Shown here in pieces: positions 52,681 through 64,000 of a stretch of 64,000 nt of DNA. The position numbers were made by a program, and so were the translations under genes. Origin of the DNA: Octopus vulgaris (taxonomy: Eukaryota); contig OX597821.1 in NCBI GenBank assembly GCA_951406725.2, positions 13,888,001 through 13,952,000 on the forward strand. Reading direction: 5' to 3'. Numbering within the stretch: position 1 is the first letter of the stretch; every line of letters starts with the position of its first letter. Below the pieces are notes generated by a model. That model was not told where the DNA came from. It was given only the letters and a program-made list of their open reading frames with translations, and made no database searches.

Positions 52681-53528
52681 TGGCGGTGCCCCAGCATGGC
52701 CACAGCTCATAAGCTGAAACTAGAATCAATCAATATATATATATATATATATTATTATTATTATTTTATGTAGAAAAATACAAACTGGGACAAGAACGGG
52801 AAACATTTAGAAGACGATACAAAAAACACGGACGGGACATTCGAAGCCTTCAATCTTCAGTCAAGAACCGGATCATCTTCGCAATTTCGGCTGATTAATC
52901 TTGAGATTGCTCCGATCTGGCCAGCCCCAAGGAAAATCTAAGCCAAGCGCATTAGATTCCTTGGAAGAAAGCCTCGAATGTATACAAAACAAGGACGGAA
53001 AACCGGACGATGTTACACGAATAAAAATACAAAAATACGTATATATATATATATACACACACATACATATATATATATGCATATATATATATTTGCTGTG
53101 GCTGTAAAGGTTATATCCTCGCAGAGATGATTCTTAAAAGTAAAACTCAAAACGAAGGCGCATAAAGAGGCTGTTTTCACTGCGACTGAAGATGCTCTGT
53201 TTTTACTGAGATAATTTACATATGGGTAATTGTTAGTTTACAAAGCTATCAGGGTGGTAGGCACTCAGATCTTAATGAAGAGGAGAGAGATCAAACAAAA
53301 ATTAGCAGAATGAAAGGATATTGAGTAGAAAACATTAATAATAGGACTGCTACAATGGTAATGCCAAATAAACTGTATAGAAAAATTTCCCAATTGGGAA
53401 AACTCTAACCCTTGATTGCAACCAAGAATATTAGTTTGAGAAACTATTGTATATAAGAGAGAATATCCTTGGAGCTGAATAAAATGAGAGGCAGTGAGGA
53501 GAGGTTGCTAGCATATAAGACAATGTGA

Positions 53529-53911
53529 TGTGTGGTAAGTAGCTTGCTAACCAACCACATGGTTCCGGGTTCAGTCCCACTGCGTGGCATCTTGGGCAAG
53601 TGTCTTCTGCTATAGCCCCAGGCCGACCAATGCCTTGTGAGTGGATTTGGTAGACGGAAACTGAAAGAAGCCTGTCGCATATATGTATATATATGTATGT
53701 GTGTGTGTGTTTGTGTGTCTGTGTTTGTCCCCCTAGCATTGCTTGACAACCGATGCTGGTGTGTTTACGTCCCCGTCACTTAGCGGTTCGGCAAAAGAGA
53801 CCGATAGAATAAGTACTGGGCTTACAAAGAATAAGTCCCGGGTCGATTTGCTCGACTAAAGGTGGTGCTCCAGCATGGCCGCAGTCAAATGACTGAAACA
53901 AGTAAAAGAGT
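53529..53911 (+). mobile_element. SINE family A (5' end clipped)
   Basis: Colinear with the 18706 copy. Confidence 0.9.
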
Positions 53912-54141
53912 ATGAGGTTATTTTGAGTAACAATGTCACAGATTTTAGTGGATGTGGCATGAAAAAACTGGAGGAGGGTGAAAAAAATGAGAGGAGTCTA
54001 CCAAGGACACAGTTTATCCCCATTGTTGTTTGGGCTTAATGGTTTGGTGTTGATTTTAAGAGACAAGAGTACTGGGTATGATTTAGGGAAAAGCTTTCCA
54101 GAATTATACATCTGTTATTATTCATAAATGTTATTATTCAC

Positions 54142-54630
54142 AAAGACCTGTTGAGGCAAGCGAAGTCGAAATCGAACCTCATCCCCCTTCTCTGCTTGCG
54201 AAGACCTGTTGGGGCAAATGAAATCGAAATCAAAATCGAAATCAAAATCGGAATCGAAATTGAACCAATCCTATGACTGGCACCCAACAGATGCTAGGAC
54301 CCCTGGACTGGTGGTATGTAAAAAGCACTATCCGAATCGTGGCCGATGCCAGTGCCGCCTCGACTGGCTTCTGTGCCGGTGGCACGTAAAATGCACCAAT
54401 CCGACCGTGGCCGTTGCCAGCCTCACCTGGCACCTGTGCAGGTGGCACGTAAAAAGCACCCACTACACTCACGGAGTGGTTGGCATTAGGAAGGGCATCC
54501 AGCTGTAGAAACACTGCCAGATAAGACTGGAGCCTGGTGCAGTCTTCTGGCTTTCCAGATCCCCGGTCGAACCGTCCAACCCATGCTAGCATGGAGAACG
54601 GACGTTAAACGATGATGATGATGATGATGA
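54142..54630 (+). mobile_element. GC-rich short retroposon with internal direct repeats and (ATG)n tail
   Basis: Ends GAGTGGTTGGCATTAGGAAGGGCATCCAGCTGTAGAAAC...GGACGTTAAACGATGATG; shares its 3' end with the 31514 and 49875 fragments. Confidence 0.7.
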
Positions 54631-55504
54631 AACGGTTTTTAATATGTATGGAAGTAGCACAGATTAAACTGATGCAATAGTAAACAATGATCGTATATTC
54701 AGCAAGGGTATAGGGATGGATTTCAGAATGAAGTATGGAATAGTGCATTTATTAAGGGGAAATGTGCCATATCATATGATAGCAGTATTAGACGGGCAAA
54801 TGATGAAAACCATAGGGGACAATGGATATACATATTCAGACATATTGAATACAGATAAAATGAAAGAAAATTAAATGTAAAGGGTACTAGGAAAATTATG
54901 GTCCACAACAGTTCCCAAACGTTTTGGGGCTACTGACCCCTTGGGCTACATTCCTAGTGCCCCCACCCTTCACTCACCACCGCAAACTTAGACAACTTTC
55001 TGCTGCAAATTCTAATCATCTGTATTTCACAAATAAAACTTAACACAATTAACCCATTATTTGTTTGTTTTTACATCCATCGCCCCCTTTTGGCCAACCC
55101 ATTATCACCCCACTCTTCTTCGGCATCCCACTGGAGCTTTCCATTGCCCCCCAGGCGCAGTACTGATCACTTTTGGAACCACAGGTCTTGAAGATCCAAA
55201 TTGGTTTCAAAAGGCAAAATTGAATAGAAGATATAAAATGATTTCAAATACGTGGACTGCCTTGATGGTGAGGTACAGAGCTGGAATTCTATACTGGAGG
55301 AGAGAAGACATTTGGAGAATGGTTAGTAATTCTTGTAAATGGTACCTGCAAATGTTATGGTGTGTATAGTACAAGATGCAGAGGGGAGATAACTGCATGA
55401 ATAAAATGCTGAGTAACAGATACTTCAAAATCTTAAAATGATAGCAATGATAGATTAACAATACACTTACATATCTACAGAATGATAACAACAACAACAA
55501 TAAT

Positions 55505-55876
55505 AAGACTAAAACAATACCTGTTGTCATAGGTGCCCTGGGAATGGTAGCAAAAGGGGCTGATTGCTACCTAACTCAGATACCAGGAACCAAAAAAATG
55601 CCTGAAATTCAAAAGATAGTGCTCATGGGAACTGCTCATATCCTACGCAAAATACTTTCTATGTAATCTCAAGTTTTAAAACAAACATAAATTTCGTATG
55701 GTTTTTTAGACATTCACTGGTACAACACTAAGTACAAAACCAAATATATGGCACCCTAGGCATAACACCAACATGAACTTCCAGCTTGTTGTCTCTTGAG
55801 GTCTGTGGGTGAGACTTGGAGCCAGCTTGTGCAAAAATAAAGCAAAATTCAAACATAGAATAATAATAATAATAAT
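55505..55876 (+). mobile_element. R4/Dong-clade non-LTR retrotransposon 3' fragment
   Basis: KTKTIPVVIGALGMVAKG...EIQKIVLMGTAHILRKILSM* (stop 55664-55666) resembles the C-terminus of the R4/Dong restriction-like endonuclease; flanked by TAA repeats. Confidence 0.8.
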
Positions 55877-55877
55877 G

Positions 55878-56205
55878 GGAAACTCGCTTCGGTCATGAAT
55901 GACCATGGGATTGCACCTAGAAAGTTACCCTCTGAGACACAAGTCCGGGCAAGGTTGTTTATGGAAGGCCAGCAGTCACCCATGCATATCAACCTCCCCT
56001 CTCCACACCACTGATGTTAACCAAAGGCAAAGGGGCCAATACAGCTTGGTACCTGTGATGACGCAACTCATTTCTACAGCTGAGTGAACTGGAGTAATGT
56101 GAAATAAAGTGTCTTGCTCAAGAACACAACACACAGCCCAGTAATCAAACTCACAACCTCACGATTGTAAGCTCGATGCTCTAACCACTGAGCAATGCAC
56201 CTTCA
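55878..56205 (-). mobile_element. tRNA-derived SINE, sister of 139-472
   Basis: Shares CTTCGGTCATGAATGACCATGGG... and the tRNA-like head. Confidence 0.8.
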
Positions 56206-56424
56206 CAATAATAATAATAATAATAATAATAATAATCTTTTCTACTAAAGGCAGAAACAAGGCTTAAAATTTGTTGGGAAGAAACTAGTCAATGACATTA
56301 GCCCCAGTGTTTCACCAGTGCTTAATCTATCAATCCCAAAAAGATGAAAGGCAAAGTCAACCTCGGCTGATTTCAAACTCAGAACATAGCGATGGGCAAA
56401 ATACCATTGAGCATTCTGTCAATG

Positions 56425-56480
<56 letters not shown>

Positions 56481-56929
56481 CCTTTCTACTAAAGGCACAA
56501 AGTCTGAAATTTTTGGTGGGGAGGGGACCAGTCAATTCCACTGACCCCAGTGCATAACTGGTACTTAACTTTTTGATCCTGAGAGGCTGAGAGGTAAAAC
56601 TGACCTCAGTGGAATTTGAACTCAGAATATAAAAATGGACAAAGTGTCACTAAGCATTTGGCCTGGTGTGTTAACGATTCTGCCAGCTCGCCACCTACAT
56701 AATAATAATAGTAATAATAATAATGATGATGATGATGATGATGATGATAATGATGATAATAATCTTTTCTACTCTAAGCACAAGGCCCAAAATTTTTTGG
56801 GGAGCGGGGCCAGTCGATTAGATCAGCCCTAGTATGCAATTGGTACTTAATTTATTGATCCTGTAAAGATGAGAGGCAAAGTCGACCCTGGCGGAATTCA
56901 AATAGTGGCATATGAAATAATAATGATAA

Positions 56930-57329
56930 TCTTTATATATAAAAGTGAGGTTGTGTGGTGTCTGTCTCCTACGATTTAGATTCCTAACTACTCCCACATT
57001 TTGCGGTGCAGTGTAACCAAAAGCAGGTATCTTATAGTCGTGATTCATATGGAGCCCTTTTGGGTATTAGCGCGCATCTATGATGAGTCTACAATTTTAA
57101 AAAAAATTTACCATCAATTTTTTCCATTTTAATGCATTTTTTCGCTATTATATAAGGGAAGTAACTCTCTAAAAATGTCTACGATGAGTCAACGATTTAA
57201 AAATAAATTTACCATCATTTTTTCCCACTTTTAATGCATTTTTTTGCTAGTTTTTGGCTATAACTCTCTAAAAATGCTTATATAGTTATTTCCCTTACAA
57301 ACCTGAGCAACACCGGGTGATACTGCTAG
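56930..57329 (+). mobile_element. Non-autonomous Helitron
   Basis: A|TCTTTATATATAAAAG ... CCTGAGCAACACCGGG hairpin ... CTAG|T; 5' TC, 3' CTAG, A/T target, no TSD. Confidence 0.82.
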
Positions 57330-57546
57330 TAATATATTTATGGTTTAGGTAATTTGCAAAAATGAAACAAAAATGAGTAAATGAGATAATTCAGAGTAGC
57401 TAGTGGCATGTACCGACAACTGTCCTTCTGTCTTCAGCCAACCAGTCTATGGTATGTTGATTTTGGAGTTGGTGTTGTTAACTATCACAAAGTCTACCGT
57501 TTGTGGAAGCAAAAGTAATCTCAGTAAATTAAGAATTTATTATGTA

Positions 57547-57863
57547 CTAGCAGTACCGCCCGGTGTTGCTCGGGTTTGTAAGGGAAATAACTATATAAGC
57601 ATTTTTAGAGATGTAAAGTATAAAAGCCATCTCAATATGGCTAACCACAAAGGGGGGGGGTGTTACTGTAGCTTTTTACGTTCTGAGATTTAATAATACA
57701 TTTTTAGAGAGTTACTTCCCTTATATAATAGCGAAAAAATGCATTAAAAATGGGAAAAAATTATACCCGGTTTTGGTTACACTGCACCGCAAAATGTGGG
57801 AGTAGTTAGGAATCTAAATCGTAGGAGACAGACTGCACACAACTTCACTTTTATATATAAAGA
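57547..57863 (-). mobile_element. Non-autonomous Helitron (same family, opposite strand)
   Basis: Reverse complement has the same TC...CTAG termini. Confidence 0.82.
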
Positions 57864-58070
57864 TAAGTATGCTAATATATAACCTTTTCCATTATTGCTG
57901 TTCTAATATATATACTAGCCACTCTAAGTTATATCACTTAGCTCACTTTCATTCCATTTACATGTGTGTTGGGGTCAGCTTTTAATGACTCATTCAACCA
58001 GCTGAATAAGCTGTTGAATGCAAAAAACCTAAGGTTCCAGCCAAATAGACATTACCAATAAATTTCACTA

Positions 58071-58284
58071 TACTCTTTTACTCTTTTAGGTGTTTCAGTC
58101 ATTTGACTGTGGCCATGCTGGAACACCGCCTTTAGTCGAGCAAATCAACCCCAGGACTTATTCTTTGTAAGCCCAGTACTTATTCTATCGGACTCTTTTG
58201 CCGAACAGCTAAGTTACGGAACGTAAACACACCAGCATCGGTTGTCAAGCGATGTTAGGGGGACAAACACAGACACACAAACGT

Positions 58285-58327
<43 letters not shown>

Positions 58328-58498
58328 CATATATACAACGGGCTTCTTTCAGTTTCCGTCTACCAAATCCACTCACAAGGCTTTGGTTGGCCCGAGGTTA
58401 TAGTAGAAGACATTTGCCCAAGGTGCCACGCAGTGGGACTGAACCCAGAACCATGTGGTTGGTAAGCAAGCTACTTACCACACAGCCACTCCTGCGCC
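58071..58498 (-). mobile_element. SINE family A
   Basis: Full-length reverse copy. Confidence 0.9.
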
Positions 58499-58762
58499 TA
58501 TGTTTAATATTTAATATTTTTATAAAAGCCATTATATATCAGTCTTTTGTTTCTATTTATTTGTTTGTGTGAATGTATTAAATTTATTTTTGCAAGTGTG
58601 TGTTAATACTTTTTTAAAACACACACACACACACACACAAATAAATAGAAACAAAAGACATAGATATATAGCGGTTTTATTTTAAATATCAACATGCACA
58701 TGCACACACATCATTGTTATGTTGAGTCTGTTGATGATCACCTGATTGATTGATTTTTTTGG

Positions 58763-59143
58763 AAGCACTCCATCGGTTATGACGACGAGGGTTCCGGTTG
58801 ATCCGATCAACAGAACAGCCTGCTCGTGAAATTAACGTGTAAGTAGCTGAGTACTCCACAGACACGTATACCCTTAACGTAGCTCTCGGGGATATTCAGC
58901 ATGACACAGAGAGTGACAAGGCTGGCCCTTTGAAATACAGGTACAACAGAAACAGGAAGTAAGAGTGAAAGAAAGTTGTGGTGAAAGAGTACAGCAGGGA
59001 TCACCACCATCCCCTGCCGGAGCCTTGTGGAGCTTTTAGGTGTTTTCGCTCAATAAACACTCACAACGCCCGGTCTGGGAATCGAAACCGCGATCCTACG
59101 ACTGCGAGTCCGCTGCCCTAACCACTGGGCCATTGCACCTCCA
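58763..59143 (-). mobile_element. SINE family C
   Basis: Homologous to 17840-18176. Confidence 0.82.
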
Positions 59144-59326
59144 CACCTAATTGATTATGATGGGAGTCTTTTGGAGTCTAATTCTCACCCTGAGGAAATA
59201 TTTAACTCAATATTTCAAGATGCAATTTTTAATTTTCAATTTGAATGAGTTGAGTATGGAAATGATTATAGGTAAAAGAGAATTTCGACAATATCCATTT
59301 TCTCTTTATATTATATTGAAATATAC

Positions 59327-59471
59327 CGCAGGAGTGGCTGTGTGGTAAGTAGCTTGCTAACCAACCACATGGTTTCGGGTTCAGTCCCACTGCGTGGCAT
59401 CTTGGGCAAGCGTCTTCTGCTATATGCCTTGTGAGTGGATTTGGTAGACGGAAACTGAAAGAAGCCTGTCG

Positions 59472-59520
<49 letters not shown>

Positions 59521-59744
59521 ATGTGTGTGTGTTTGTCTCCCTCGCATTGCTTGACAACCGATGCTGGTGTGTTTACGTCCCCGTCACTTAGCGGTTCGGC
59601 AAAAGAGACCGATAGAATAAGTACTGGGCTTACAAAGAATAAGTCCCGGGGTCGATTTGCTCGACTAAAGGTAGTGCTCCAGCATGGCCGCAGTCAAATG
59701 ACTGAAACAAGTAAAAGAGTAAAAGAGTAAAAGAGTAAAAGAGT
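59327..59744 (+). mobile_element. SINE family A
   Basis: Near full length, (GTAAAAGA)n tail. Confidence 0.9.
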
Positions 59745-59937
59745 ATACCCATATTTATCAAAGTGTAATAATCATTAAACTTCGTAATATTCTTAATTGG
59801 TCCCTATTTTAAACAATGAGCACCAATACTATTAAGTTATATTGGATTCTTGAAAATTTTCTTAGATACATAAGATTAAACCAGTGAAGCTTGGGTGTTG
59901 ACATCGCATTTAAGACATATCTGTATCCTCAAAATGG

Positions 59938-59994
<57 letters not shown>

Positions 59995-60060
59995 TTTTTT
60001 TTGGGGGGGGGAAACATAGTTCCAGAGAAGAAACACACTCTAAGAAGCAGAGCAGTCTAT

Positions 60061-60218
60061 ATTAATTACTGGTGAAGGCTGGTTCATAGGGTTACCCGGG
60101 GTTTCTTGACATAAAGAGTACCTTCATGGTATATCTTCAAACCCTAAAACCTGGAGGCCATAGACCAGCAGTTTTTAGGGTCTGAAGAAACCCTATAAAC
60201 TGGCCTTCACCAGTAATA

Positions 60219-60220
<2 letters not shown>
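60061..60220. repeat. Short inverted repeat
   Basis: ATTACTGGTGAAGGCTGGTTCATAGGGTT versus AACCCTATAAACTGGCCTTCACCAGTAAT. Confidence 0.8.
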
Positions 60221-60253
<33 letters not shown>

Positions 60254-60296
60254 CTCTTTCTATTTTGTATCACATCTAAACTAACTATGACTTAAC

Positions 60297-60344
60297 CATC
60301 CTGATGAAGGGATATAATAAATATCCTGGAAACAACTGTAAGAC
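60297..60344 (+). ncRNA. Hammerhead-like motif, sister of 15885-15932
   Basis: CTGATGA-A-GGGATAT(AATAA)ATATCCT-G-GAAA-CAACTG-TA-AGAC; the 5' strand of stem I appears deleted. Confidence 0.5.
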
Positions 60345-60885
60345 ATTCTATCTGTAAATGTTCTAATATCTACACAGCCTTGGTTTTTATCAGGTAATTG
60401 GCAAGCAAGCTTCTTACCACACAGTCACTATGGTTGGCCGTTGGTGAAAAATTCTACGAAGGAATAAATGAATGCATCAGCTACCACAAGAGGTAGGCTA
60501 GCATATATATTAGAACAACAATAATGGAAAAGAGTACACACACACACACACACACACACACATTTGAGAGTGTGTTTGTGCTTAAATCCTGTCAAAAGAA
60601 ACTGATGTTGTTTAAGTGTCTATGTTGTACCCTTCATATCTCTATAACATAGTGGTTCGACATATGTAGTGGTTCAATAAAATAAGTACAGGGATCAATA
60701 TAACTGGCTGAAAGCACTGGAAGGTAGTGCTGCTGCATGGCCGCAGACTACTGAATGAAACACAGTGTTCAGACACACACAAATGTTGATTTACACAACT
60801 TCACCGCCATTTTTCTACACAATCAACTTTGTAAATAAATTACAAAAGGATTATGGATTAGGAATTATGATTTAAAAGAAAAAGA

Positions 60886-61305
60886 GGATCTTTTCAGTTT
60901 GAACGGCAGTTTTTTCTAGCGATGTCATATGAAATTGTCACCCATAATTATGACCCTAGTATCGATCTATTGCATTTCAATCTGTTTTAGGGTTAGGGTT
61001 AGGGGTGGGAGGGAAGGGTATCTTTTTTTTCTTCAATTATGTAAATAAACCCAATCTGATTCTTAAACCATGGAATATTCATATGGCACAGAATGTTTTT
61101 TACCTCAATAGACGTCATTGATTGGTTGAAATTGCAGAAATTGAAGAAAAAAAAACAACTAATATCTTACAAACTATAGAATTTTCTCAATACAGCCAAG
61201 AGAAAAAGATGTTTTATAAACACATTCTACCAGTATACGAAGTTTAAAAGTGTTTAGTTACGTGGAAATTATTTTAAAAAACTGCTGTTCAAACCGAAAA
61301 GATCC
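60886..61305. mobile_element. MITE with 8-bp TSD (Merlin-like), contains (TTAGGG)3
   Basis: TIRs GGATCTTTTCAGTTTGAACGGCAGTTTTTT / AAAAAACTGCTGTTCAAACCGAAAAGATCC; TSD GAAAAAGA on both sides. Confidence 0.88.
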
Positions 61306-61342
61306 GAAAAAGATAGTTACCAATTCTTTCTCCATCATCAAA

Positions 61343-61547
61343 CTCTCTTTTACTCTCTTATACCTGTTTCAGTCATTTGACTGCGGCCATGCTGGAGCAC
61401 CGCCTTTAGTCGAGCAACTCGACCCTGGGACTTATTCTTTGTAAGCCCAGTACTTATTCTATCGGTCTCTTTTGCCGAACCACTAAGTGATGGGGACGTA
61501 AGCGTACCAGCATCGGTTGTCAAGCAATGCTAGGGGGACAAACACAG

Positions 61548-61580
<33 letters not shown>

Positions 61581-61773
61581 CATATATATGACAGGCTTCT
61601 TTAATTTTCCATCTACCAAATCCACTCACAAGGCATTGGTCAGCTCGGGGCTGACACTTGCCCAAGATGCCATGCAGTGAGAAGACACTTGCCCAAGATG
61701 CCATGCAGTGAGACTGAACCCGGAACCATGTGGTTGGTTAGCAAGCTACTTACCACACAGCCACTCCTGCGCC
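61343..61773 (-). mobile_element. SINE family A
   Basis: Reverse copy with a short internal tandem duplication (GACACTTGCCCAAGATGCCATGCAGTGAGA x2). Confidence 0.9.
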
Positions 61774-62591
61774 TGTTTACAATATTAACAAAAGAAAATA
61801 TATTTAATATCAAGCTGTTGTGCCCAGTAAGTGTACTGAGAATCGTGACTTCGTTAAAAGATTTCATCCGTGGAGATTGCCATTGATTTAAATATTATTA
61901 ATAAAAAACGCTCTCAGGAAGTGGAAACATTGTACCGTGGAACAATATTTCGTCCTTTTATTTGTTTTTTTCTCTCTTTCTTTCTTTCTTTCTTTTTTTT
62001 TTTCTTTGACGTTATGGCATTGCTTGAGGACGATTTCGCTGTTATTTCTAGCAGGTCGAGTGGGTAGGAGATCAGCATACACGATATGTCGGTAATTGGA
62101 GGTTTTCGATTTGTTAAAATTATTCATCTTAAAATGATAACTAATGAATTAAATTTTAAGAAGAAAAAATCAATGCGAATTTCGTCATTAGCAAAACAAA
62201 TTTATTTTGAAAATAATCTGGTGAAAATTTGAAAAACTTGATACAACTGGAAGAAATTTAACAAGATCCGATAAAATATATAAACTTGTACGTCTTTAAA
62301 GTATTTCTCAAGACCAAGGAACTTGAAACGAAATCAAGAGAAGCCACGAAGGACAACCGAGATAAAATTAAAACATTCAAGAAAAATAACCAACAGTGTT
62401 TATTGCAAGAGTTAGTGCCCTTTGTTAAAGAAAATTGCTGGTAGTTTCCTTGTTGCTTTCGTTTAGGTTTAGCTTAAGTTAATCTTCGTATTAGTTACTT
62501 TGTTCTGATTCAAAACACTGGGCCATATGTAAATAAATCTAGGTAGATAAAATGCTTACTGTAAAATAAAGTCCCATGATGTGATGTATAA

Positions 62592-62758
62592 CGCAGGAGT
62601 GGCCGTGTGGTAAGTAGCTTGCTAACCAACCACATGGTTCTGGGTTCAGTCCCACTGCATGGCATCTTGGGCAATGTCTTCTGCTATAGCCCCGGGCTGA
62701 CCAATGCCTTGTGAGTGGATTTGGTAGACGGAAACTGAAAGAAGCCTGTCGTATATAT

Positions 62759-62796
<38 letters not shown>

Positions 62797-63010
62797 TTGT
62801 GTGTCTGTGTTTGTTCCCCTAGCATTGCTTGACAACCGATGCTGGTGTGTTTACGTCCCCGTTACTTAGCGGTTCGGCAAAAAGAGACCGATAGAATAAG
62901 TACTGGGCTTACAAAAAGAATAAGTCCCGGGGTCGAGTTGCTCGACTAAAAGGCGGGTGCTCCAGCATGGCCGCAGTCAAATGACTGAAACAAGTAAAAG
63001 AGAGAGAAAA
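62592..63010 (+). mobile_element. SINE family A
   Basis: Full-length copy. Confidence 0.9.
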
Positions 63011-63407
63011 GAAAGAACACTTAATGTACAAGGTCAGATATTTTCAGGGAAAGAGGGTTCGTCGATACCATCAAGTCCCTTACTTGATTGGTACATTAGT
63101 TTATTGACTCCGGAGGAATTACTGACCACGTTGACTTCGGCGGGATTTGTACATTGGGTTGGAATAAATAGCACAAAGCCATTTTTTCCGATGCTCTATC
63201 GATTCTAACAGCTCATCGATGTGTAATGGCTTGCGCTTACCCCATTCGATTATATATTTACGGATTACATTTACCATTTCTTCATTTACAGTGATTTATT
63301 TTTTGTTTCGTCTTTTATTTTTATCATTTACCTTCTTTTTTTTTTACTTATTTTGGTCATTGGATTGTGGTCATGCTGGGGCATTTTCTAAAGTCTAGTA
63401 CTTATTC

Positions 63408-63603
63408 CAGTGCTTTTCAAACTTTTTACTGGAGCGGAACCCCAAGGAAACATTCCACTGGCTCAGGGAACCCCTGTGCAATAATTTAATAGTCTTATGC
63501 ACACATATCTGCACAGGAGAATTAAAAATTACTGCCGATTTTAGCATTTTTGTAACTTCTTGCGGAACCACTGGACTGGCGGAACCCTGGTTGAAAACCA
63601 CTG
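63408..63603. mobile_element. hAT-type MITE nested in an old SINE
   Basis: Inverted sister of 33948-34166; flanks ACTTATTC / ACTTACTC. Confidence 0.85.
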
Positions 63604-63953
63604 ACTTACTCTATCGATTTCTTTTGCCGAACCTCTAAGTTATGGGCACGTAAACAATTATCACCGGTTGTCAAGCAGTGTGTGTGGGGGACGGAGGAGA
63701 ACACACACACACACATGTACATACATGTCGAACAATGAGAATGTGTGCTCAGGACAGCATTCATGGATAAGTACACAAATAAAGAAATTATATAAAATGG
63801 TGGTTTGTTGCCAACTTAATGTGGCAGTCTCAGGAAAGGGGAAAATGCTTCTGCCATTTAGCCTGAGGAAACATCCTTTCCATTCGGTTATGTGACACAA
63901 ACGTCCTGCGTCTTTAAGTCTTCAAACAGGGAGGATAAGCACCTCCACACAGC

Positions 63954-63994
<41 letters not shown>

Positions 63995-64000
63995 TAATCC

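Noticed and set aside
52830-52890. CTGAAGA...GAAT hammerhead-like string on the minus strand (also about 1870-1910)
   Set aside because: GAAA core not intact and no convincing stems I and II could be drawn.

Overview
Eukaryotic, AT-rich, microsatellite-saturated DNA; the SINE families and the repeat load point to an octopod cephalopod (Octopus-like, inferred). The one host gene is the 3' part of a plus-strand NOS1AP/CAPON (DYC-1-like) gene. It has four clear exons (35006-35157, 36328-36750, 37994-38134, 38943-40703), a frame-compatible 45-nt exon at 19690-19734 and a candidate alternative first exon ending at 7634; no PTB-domain exons were found in the window. The rest is intron or intergenic DNA. 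It holds a decayed mariner transposase, a 5'-truncated Penelope-like (GIY-YIG) element, and RTE, CR1 and R4/Dong LINE fragments. It also holds three tRNA-derived SINE families plus one further short interspersed repeat, MITEs (mariner, hAT, piggyBac-like, Merlin-like) and non-autonomous Helitrons. The most notable hidden signals are (1) a dispersed set of minimal type I hammerhead-ribozyme motifs in short modules mostly inserted in (TA)n, including one with a compensatory G3-C8 core swap, and (2) several unrelated, near-perfect local inverted duplications with 136-198 nt spacers. Almost all ORFs in the supplied track are microsatellite or SINE artefacts. All structures and alignments were read by eye.
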